From Minisyncoccia bacterium (GTDB lineage Bacteria; Patescibacteriota; Minisyncoccia; Phycocordibacterales; UBA9973), in assembly GCA_038249055.1 (NCBI GenBank), contig JBBRWS010000001.1:14244-78243 (forward strand): 64,000 nt of DNA, read 5' to 3'. Shown one piece after another: positions 57,613-64,000 of this stretch. A program made the position numbers and the translations under genes. Position 1 is the stretch's first letter, and each line of letters starts with the position of its first letter. Under the pieces are notes generated by a model that saw only the letters and a program-made list of their open reading frames with translations, was not told where the DNA came from and made no database searches.

Positions 57613-58031
57613 CCTTCGTATATATAAGTGTGGATAATAATCTTAATAATATATTTAAAAAAGCTATATATATACCCGAAAATAGACTTTCGAATGATAT
57701 TTTACTTGCAATTTCTGATAAGGACAGAAAAAATGCCCATATTAAACTCTGGGTAAATTCTACTATTGGAGTCTTTTCTTTTGTGGGATTTTTTCCAGCA
57801 TTTAAATTACTTTTGTCAGATTTTGCTCAATCTGGGTTTTATCAGTATTTATCATTAGTATTTTCTGATGGCCATATTACTTCATATTGGAAAGAAATTA
57901 TCTTGTCTATAACAGAATCTATACCAATGATTAGTTTAACTTTATCTCTAGCTTTGGTTTTTATTTTTATATTATCATTACGTTTTATAGCACGGAATAT
58001 TCGAGTTCGTCCTAGTTTATTAGCAGTATAA
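57609..58031 (+). CDS. Putative anti-sigma factor-like membrane protein
   Basis: Overlaps sigma gene stop by 4 bp; two TM helices; positional inference. Confidence 0.35.
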   Translation: MTFVYISVDNNLNNIFKKAIYIPENRLSNDILLAISDKDRKNAHIKLWVNSTIGVFSFVGFFPAFKLLLSDFAQSGFYQYLSLVFSDGHITSYWKEIILSITESIPMISLTLSLALVFIFILSLRFIARNIRVRPSLLAV

Positions 58032-58041
58032 TTTATTATTT

Positions 58042-58575
58042 ATGAAAGAAATAAAAGAAAGTATTAAGAAAGTTTTTGAATCAAAAAAAGTTTTAGTTAT
58101 TGCATCAATCTTTGGGGTGTTGTTTATAATTTCACTTATTTTTCAGGCTGGAGTTTCTGTGGGTTTCCACAAGGCTTCATTTGGGCGTGATTGGGGTGAA
58201 AATTATGGACGCAATTTTGGAATGATGAGAGGTGGTGATAAAGGTTTTCCAATTGGAGGAATGATGAATCAAGGAAATTTTCCTAATGCACATGGAACTG
58301 TGGGTAAAATTATTAAAAATGAGTTACCTATAATTGTAGTACAAGACAAAGATGGTACAGAAAAATTTATTCTTATTAATGATGACACAAGTATTCGTTC
58401 TGAGAAAGAGAATATAAATGGAAGTGATTTAAAAGTAGATGATTTTATTGTGGTGATTGGTTCTCCAAATGAGGAAGGTCAAATAGTAGCAAAACTTGTC
58501 AGGCTTATGCCTTTTGGCATGCCACAAGGACCACTACCATCTCTAGATCAATCATTAATAAAACCAATTCAATAA
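58042..58575 (+). CDS. Small Gly-rich membrane-anchored protein
   Basis: N-terminal TM, Gly-rich linker; resembles 62227-62649. Confidence 0.35.
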   Translation: MKEIKESIKKVFESKKVLVIASIFGVLFIISLIFQAGVSVGFHKASFGRDWGENYGRNFGMMRGGDKGFPIGGMMNQGNFPNAHGTVGKIIKNELPIIVVQDKDGTEKFILINDDTSIRSEKENINGSDLKVDDFIVVIGSPNEEGQIVAKLVRLMPFGMPQGPLPSLDQSLIKPIQ

Positions 58576-58576
58576 T

Positions 58577-60250
58577 ATGGAAAATTCTAAGTTAACAAAA
58601 TTTCAAAATATTAAAAATTATATTTATTCTCACAAAACTATTAGTGTAGTTGTTTTAATGGCTGTAATTATCCTAGGATACTTTGGTGATAAATTAATTT
58701 TTAAAGCAACAGCAGAAACAAGCTATGTTACTTCTACTGTTGTCAAAGGCTCTGTTTTTGTTTCTGTCGCTGGTAGTGGTCAAGTTGAATCTTCAAGTTC
58801 TATTGATTTGAAGGCAAAGACATCAAGTTACATTACTTATGTAAGTGTGAAGGCAGGTGATGTTGTAAGAAAAGGTAAATTACTTTTTTCTCTTGATTCT
58901 AAGGATGCAGAGAGGTCTGTTCGTGACGCAGAGTTAAGTTTAGCCAGTTCAAAATTATCACTAGAAAAACTTGAAAATCAAAACTCAGAGGAAAATATAA
59001 GTGCAGACTTAAATAAGGCGTATGAAGACGGTTTTAATGATGTTTCAAATGCTTTTCTTGATTTACCGACGGTTTTGACTGGATTAGAGAGTATTTTAGT
59101 AGAACAAAATTTATCTGATAATTCAGCTAGAATGGTTAGTAAGACAGCTCGAGATTATAGAAACAAAGCTGAAGAATTATATTATAAAGCTAATAATTCT
59201 TTTTTTATAAATCAAAAAAATTATAGATTATTAACTCGTGATGGAGAAGTAGAAAAAATAGAAGAAATTATAAACGAAACCTACGAAACAACTAAGTTGA
59301 TTTCAGATGCGGTAAAGAGTTATAGAAATTTCGTAGATTATATGGCAGATGAAACTGATAGACCATCTGATTATACTTCTTATCAGAATACTTTAGGAAA
59401 TTATACCAGTACAATAAATAGTCATTTATCAAATCTTCTTTCAACCAGAACTAATATAGAAGATTATAAAGACAATTCAACTAATGGTGGATTAGATATA
59501 GAGAGTTCTATTCTTGGAGTTAAACAAAAAGAAAATTCTTTACAGGATGCAAAAGATGCATTAGCTGATTACTATGTCTATGCACCATTTGATGGAACTA
59601 TTTCTTCAGTCACAGCAAAAGTAGGAGATATAGCTTCTGGAACACTTGCTACAATTATTACTAAACAAAAAATAGCGACCATATCACTCAATGAAGTTGA
59701 TATTGCTAAAATAAAATTAGGACAAAAAGCCACTCTTACATTTGATGCTATTGATACTCTGAGCATTACTGGTGAAGTTTCTGAGATTGATTCCATTGGT
59801 GCTGTTTCTCAGGGAGTTGTTTCTTATAACGTAAAAATTAGTTTTGATGTATCAGATGATAGAGTTAAACCAGGAATGAGTGTTTCTGCATCAATTATCA
59901 CCGATATAGTGCAAGATGTGCTTATTATTCCAAATAATGCTGTTAAAAATCAAAATGGAGTAAATTTTGTTCAAACATTTGATACTCCGCTCGTGTCTTC
60001 CTCAATTAGTTTACAAGGTGCCCCTTCGACAATTCCTCCTAAACAGACAGAGGTTGTAATTGGTTTGGTTGATGATACAAATACAGAAATTATTTTAGGA
60101 TTAAAAGAAGGGGATATTATAGTTACTAAAACCATAGCCGGGTCTAATACTACAGTGAAGTCAACAGCCCCAAGTCTAATGAGTGCTGTTGGTGGAAATA
60201 AAACTACTGGTGGTACTGGTGGAGCAAGGATGGGTATTCCACACGATTAA
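58577..60250 (+). CDS. HlyD/MacA-family periplasmic adaptor (membrane fusion protein)
   Basis: N-terminal TM, biotin-lipoyl-like YYVYAPFDGTISSVTAKVGD, long coiled-coil. Confidence 0.75.
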   Translation: MENSKLTKFQNIKNYIYSHKTISVVVLMAVIILGYFGDKLIFKATAETSYVTSTVVKGSVFVSVAGSGQVESSSSIDLKAKTSSYITYVSVKAGDVVRKGKLLFSLDSKDAERSVRDAELSLASSKLSLEKLENQNSEENISADLNKAYEDGFNDVSNAFLDLPTVLTGLESILVEQNLSDNSARMVSKTARDYRNKAEELYYKANNSFFINQKNYRLLTRDGEVEKIEEIINETYETTKLISDAVKSYRNFVDYMADETDRPSDYTSYQNTLGNYTSTINSHLSNLLSTRTNIEDYKDNSTNGGLDIESSILGVKQKENSLQDAKDALADYYVYAPFDGTISSVTAKVGDIASGTLATIITKQKIATISLNEVDIAKIKLGQKATLTFDAIDTLSITGEVSEIDSIGAVSQGVVSYNVKISFDVSDDRVKPGMSVSASIITDIVQDVLIIPNNAVKNQNGVNFVQTFDTPLVSSSISLQGAPSTIPPKQTEVVIGLVDDTNTEIILGLKEGDIIVTKTIAGSNTTVKSTAPSLMSAVGGNKTTGGTGGARMGIPHD

Positions 60251-60251
60251 A

Positions 60252-60959
60252 ATGATTGAAATAAAAAATATTACAAAAATATATGACACTGGAGGAGAGC
60301 CACTTAGTGCTTTGGGTGGTGTAAGTTTTACCATTAACGATGGCGAGTTTGTTGCCATAATGGGACCGTCTGGTTCTGGTAAGTCTACGCTTATGCATAT
60401 ACTAGGAGCCCTGGATAATCCTACCTCTGGAACATATCTTCTTGATGGAAAAGATGTTTCTAAACTTTCAGATGATAAATTGGCTGATATTCGAAAAAAC
60501 AAAATTGGTTTCGTTTTTCAATCTTTTAATTTACTTCCAAGAACAACTGTTATTCGTAACGTTGCATTACCACTTATATATGATGGTGTAGGAGAAAAAG
60601 AAAGAGTTGAAAGAGCCAAAGCATCTTTATTTGCTAGTGGTCTTGATGAAAAACATTTCTCACATTTATCAAATCAACTTTCGGGTGGACAAATTCAGAG
60701 AGTTGCTATTGCTCGAGCATTAGTAAATAATCCAACTCTTATTCTTGCCGATGAACCTACTGGAAATCTTGATACAAAAACTGGAGATATTGTTTTAGGA
60801 ACTTTCCAGAAATTAAATAAAGAACAAGGTCATACAATTGTTTTAATTACTCATGAACATGAAGTAGCTGAACATGCAGATAGAATTATTACTATTCGTG
60901 ATGGGCTGATAACTTCTGATAATGGCTTACATAAAAAAAGAATTATTAAAAATATATGA
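60252..60959 (+). CDS. MacB/LolD-type ABC transporter ATP-binding protein
   Basis: GPSGSGKSTLM Walker A, LSGGQIQRVAIARAL, ILADEPTGNLD. Confidence 0.9.
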   Translation: MIEIKNITKIYDTGGEPLSALGGVSFTINDGEFVAIMGPSGSGKSTLMHILGALDNPTSGTYLLDGKDVSKLSDDKLADIRKNKIGFVFQSFNLLPRTTVIRNVALPLIYDGVGEKERVERAKASLFASGLDEKHFSHLSNQLSGGQIQRVAIARALVNNPTLILADEPTGNLDTKTGDIVLGTFQKLNKEQGHTIVLITHEHEVAEHADRIITIRDGLITSDNGLHKKRIIKNI

Positions 60960-62176
60960 AAACTCAGGATATTTTACAAGAAACATTTATTTCATTATCT
61001 AGCAACAAAGCTCGTTCAGGCTTAACTATGCTTGGTATAGTGATTGGTATCGCTTCAGTTATAGCCATGACGGCTATTGGAGCTGGAGCTCAAAAATCTA
61101 TTTCATCTTCAATACAATCAATGGGTGCAAATTTAATTGTTGTTTCTCCAGGTGCACCAAGAGGTGTTGGTCAGCAAGTAAATCAAGGACGTGGTTCTGC
61201 AAAAACATTAACCATGCAAGATGTTACAGCTATAACCAAACTTGATTATGTGAAAGCTGTGACGGCAGAAGTTTCAAGTCGTTATCAGGTGACAGCAAAA
61301 GGTACAAATACAAATACAACAGTTGATGGCGTGACTTCAAGCTATACAGATGTCCGTAATTTACAAATTGATCAAGGAAATTTTATTACCGATCAAAATA
61401 ATCAAAGTGGAGCAAAGGTTGCAGTTTTAGGTCCGACAGTTGTCACTGATCTTTTTCCTGACGGTACAGACCCTATGGGGCAAATAATTCGTATTAAAAA
61501 TACACAATTTAAAATAGTAGGAATAACAAAAGCAAAAGGTGGCTCAGGTTTTCAAAATCCAGATGATATGATTTACATTCCTCTCACAACTGCTCAACGT
61601 TATTTTTCCGGTGACCAGTATGTGAGTTCTATTAGCGTCTCAGCTGAAAATTCTGAATTAATGACAGAACTTCAAACAAATATTACTTCTACTCTTTTAT
61701 CAGAACATAACATTTCTGATCCAACTTTGGCTGATTTTAATACAATGAATCAAGCTGATATTATTGCTACCGCATCTTCTATTACAGGTACTCTTACTGC
61801 ATTACTTGCAGCTATAGCTGGTATCTCGCTTGTTGTTGGAGGAATTGGAATTATGAATATGATGCTTACAACTGTCACAGAACGAACTCGTGAGATTGGT
61901 TTAAGAAAAGCTATTGGTGCGAAAAGAAGAGATATAAATAGACAGTTTTTAATTGAAGCAATAATCTTAACATTCATTGGAGGTTTAATTGGAGTTATTC
62001 TTGGTTGGGGAATAGCATTTTTTATAAATTCTTTTGGAATACTTCAAGCAGTAGTTTCTATAAAATCAGTTCTGCTTGCTTTTGGAGTATCAGCTTTGAT
62101 TGGAATTGTTTTCGGATATTATCCAGCACAACGTGCCGCAAAACTTAACCCAATTGAGGCATTAAGATATGAGTAA
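60956..62176 (+). CDS. MacB-type ABC permease (MacB periplasmic domain plus FtsX)
   Basis: N-terminal TM, large periplasmic domain, C-terminal FtsX-like 3 TM. Confidence 0.85.
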   Translation: MKTQDILQETFISLSSNKARSGLTMLGIVIGIASVIAMTAIGAGAQKSISSSIQSMGANLIVVSPGAPRGVGQQVNQGRGSAKTLTMQDVTAITKLDYVKAVTAEVSSRYQVTAKGTNTNTTVDGVTSSYTDVRNLQIDQGNFITDQNNQSGAKVAVLGPTVVTDLFPDGTDPMGQIIRIKNTQFKIVGITKAKGGSGFQNPDDMIYIPLTTAQRYFSGDQYVSSISVSAENSELMTELQTNITSTLLSEHNISDPTLADFNTMNQADIIATASSITGTLTALLAAIAGISLVVGGIGIMNMMLTTVTERTREIGLRKAIGAKRRDINRQFLIEAIILTFIGGLIGVILGWGIAFFINSFGILQAVVSIKSVLLAFGVSALIGIVFGYYPAQRAAKLNPIEALRYE

Positions 62177-62226
62177 ATATAATTAAGAATTAAGAATTAT
62201 TAATAAAATAAAAATGAAACAAAAAG

Positions 62227-62649
62227 ATGAAAAATAAAAAAAATGTTTGGATTGTAGTAGTTTGTTTGGCGATAGCAGGGATTAGTTTTTATGGAGGTAT
62301 GATGTTTAGTAATTCTAAAAATCCTACCAGTCAGTTTGCAAATCGACAAGGGAATTTTCCTCAAAATGGAATAAATCAAAATATTGAAGGAAGGTCAAAT
62401 CAAGGAATGCGCACGGGAATGGGTGGTGGCTTTATTTCTGGAGAAGTTATTTCTATGGATGATAAAAGTATAATAGTGAAGCTTCGAGACGGTGGTTCAA
62501 AAATTATCTTTTTCTCACCTGTAACAAAAATTGAAAAAACTGTTGAAGGTTTAATTTCAGATGTTGTTGTTGGTGAGAATATTATGACCAATGGCACACC
62601 TAATCCTGACGGGAGTATTAATGCTATATCAATACAGATAAGAGATTAA
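62227..62649 (+). CDS. Small Gly-rich membrane-anchored protein (paralog-like of 58042-58575)
   Basis: N-terminal TM, Gly-rich region, C-terminal beta-rich segment. Confidence 0.35.
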   Translation: MKNKKNVWIVVVCLAIAGISFYGGMMFSNSKNPTSQFANRQGNFPQNGINQNIEGRSNQGMRTGMGGGFISGEVISMDDKSIIVKLRDGGSKIIFFSPVTKIEKTVEGLISDVVVGENIMTNGTPNPDGSINAISIQIRD

Positions 62650-62769
62650 ATTATCAAATAAATAAGTAAAAAACGTGGTGAACCACGTGGATAAGTTTTT
62701 AGAATTAAACTATATAGGATATAGGGGATATAAATATTTATAATTAAAATGCTAAAATGTAATTATATT

Positions 62770-63096
62770 ATGACAACCTTAACGTTAAATATAATAGAAC
62801 CATATGTATCTTTTATATTAAGTGGCCGAAAGATTATTGAAGGTCGTTTGAATAAGGATAAATTTAAAGATTTAAAAATAGGAGATATTTTACTTATTGG
62901 TCCTGAAAGAAAAAAATTTAATATAGAAAGAATAAGTATATATGAGAGTTTTAAAGATATGCTAAGCAAAGAGGGTGTTAATAATGTAGTTCCAAATAAA
63001 AATACAGTAGAAGAAGCGGTAAAAGTTTATTATAATTTCTACACCAAGGAGCAAGAAAAAGAATTTGGAGTTCTTGCTATTAAAATTAAAGAATAA
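62770..63096 (+). CDS. ASCH-domain protein (start placed at MTTLTL; ORF track starts 62749)
   Basis: ASCH-like N-terminal beta-barrel pattern ..YVSFILSGRKIIEGR..IGDILLI; weak. Confidence 0.45.
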   Translation: MTTLTLNIIEPYVSFILSGRKIIEGRLNKDKFKDLKIGDILLIGPERKKFNIERISIYESFKDMLSKEGVNNVVPNKNTVEEAVKVYYNFYTKEQEKEFGVLAIKIKE

Positions 63097-63100
63097 ATAT

Positions 63101-63499
63101 ATGTCTTGTATATTTTGTAAAATAATAAAAAATGAAATACCAGCATATAAAGTCTGGGAAAATAATAATTTTCTAGTGTTTTTGGATGTAAATCCAATAA
63201 ACCCTGGTCATATTCTTTTAATACCCAAAAAACATTTTGAAGAAGTTTTTGATTTAGATGATGATTTGTATGATGAAGTATTTCAAATAATTAAAAAAAT
63301 ATCAAAACCATTAAGAAATATAACAAATGCTAAAAAAGTAGGTGTTGCAATAGAAGGATTGGGTGTATCTCATTGTCATATACATATTGTTCCTATACAT
63401 AATGGTAATGAATTAAATCCAGAAAGAGCAAAGAAGGCAACTGAAGAAGAACTTAAAGAAATGCAAACTAAATTAGTAGAGTGTTTTAAAAATATATGA
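63101..63499 (+). CDS. HIT-family hydrolase (start at MSCIFCKII; ORF-track start overlaps previous gene)
   Basis: CIFCKII N-terminus and histidine triad HCHIHIVP. Confidence 0.8.
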   Translation: MSCIFCKIIKNEIPAYKVWENNNFLVFLDVNPINPGHILLIPKKHFEEVFDLDDDLYDEVFQIIKKISKPLRNITNAKKVGVAIEGLGVSHCHIHIVPIHNGNELNPERAKKATEEELKEMQTKLVECFKNI

Positions 63500-63975
63500 T
63501 CATATTTCTTAACGGCTCAATAAATTCAGGTAAATCAACAGTTGCTAACATATTAGCTGAAAAGATTTCTAATATCGCGTTATTGGAAATAGATACACTT
63601 AGACAAATGATAAATTGGATGCCTATCAATCAGGCTGTTCCTATAAATTTAGAGAATGCAGTTTCCTTAATTAAAAATTTTTCAAACAAAGGATTGAATG
63701 TAATAGTTCCGTATCCACTTTCCGAAAAGAATCATGATTTTATTATGAATGAATTAAAAGATATTGATACTAAAATATTTGTATTTACTCTTTCTCCTAA
63801 ATTAGAAAAAGTACTGACTAATAGAGGGAGTAGGGAATTAGATAGTTGGGAAATAGAAAGAATTAAATATCATTATGATGTTGGTATACATAATCCGAAA
63901 TTTGGAGAAATAATAGATAACGGAGACCAGAATCCAGAAGAAACCGCAAATTATATTTTGAGTAAAATATCTTAA
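63496..63975 (+). CDS. P-loop kinase-like protein
   Basis: IIFLNGSINSGKSTVANIL Walker A at N-terminus. Confidence 0.45.
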   Translation: MIIFLNGSINSGKSTVANILAEKISNIALLEIDTLRQMINWMPINQAVPINLENAVSLIKNFSNKGLNVIVPYPLSEKNHDFIMNELKDIDTKIFVFTLSPKLEKVLTNRGSRELDSWEIERIKYHYDVGIHNPKFGEIIDNGDQNPEETANYILSKIS

Positions 63976-64000
63976 TTAAATATGTGGTCCTACAGCTATT

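Overview
AT-rich (about 30% GC by eye), gene-dense window of roughly 64 kb from a reduced, low-GC bacterial chromosome. The gene content fits a CPR/Patescibacteria-like organism, but that is an inference. The backbone is housekeeping: ychF (3' end), tsaC, leuS, murJ, lepA, ftsB, valS, tsaD, adk-like, murE, murD, murC, mrdA, greA, lysS, mraZ-rsmH-ftsL-ftsI-murF, argG-argH and phoH. Added to this are a redox cluster (bcp, ArsR regulator, Trx-TrxR fusion, two glutaredoxins, rhodanese), two ABC export systems (one under an ECF sigma factor), two stand-alone PAS proteins and many small hypothetical proteins. There are three tRNAs (Gly-CCC, Arg-CCT, Phe-GAA), no rRNA and no CRISPR array. The main findings are repeats: (i) a GC-rich palindromic element family with long inverted-repeat arms, in three copies, one of them inserted inside leuS; (ii) a second GC-rich element family inserted in-frame inside tsaD with 20-bp perfect inverted arms; (iii) tRNA-Gly and tRNA-Phe are each followed by two tandem units that end in a copy of the tRNA 3' end, and the Gly-linked units are bounded by 14-bp terminal inverted repeats and show compensatory stem changes; (iv) a ~100-bp stem-loop element repeated at three consecutive gene junctions in an accessory gene island that splits murD from murC, which supplies the start codons of those genes; (v) a complete Nudix hydrolase domain embedded in the LeuS polypeptide. 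Coordinates of short elements were counted by hand and may be off by a few bases.
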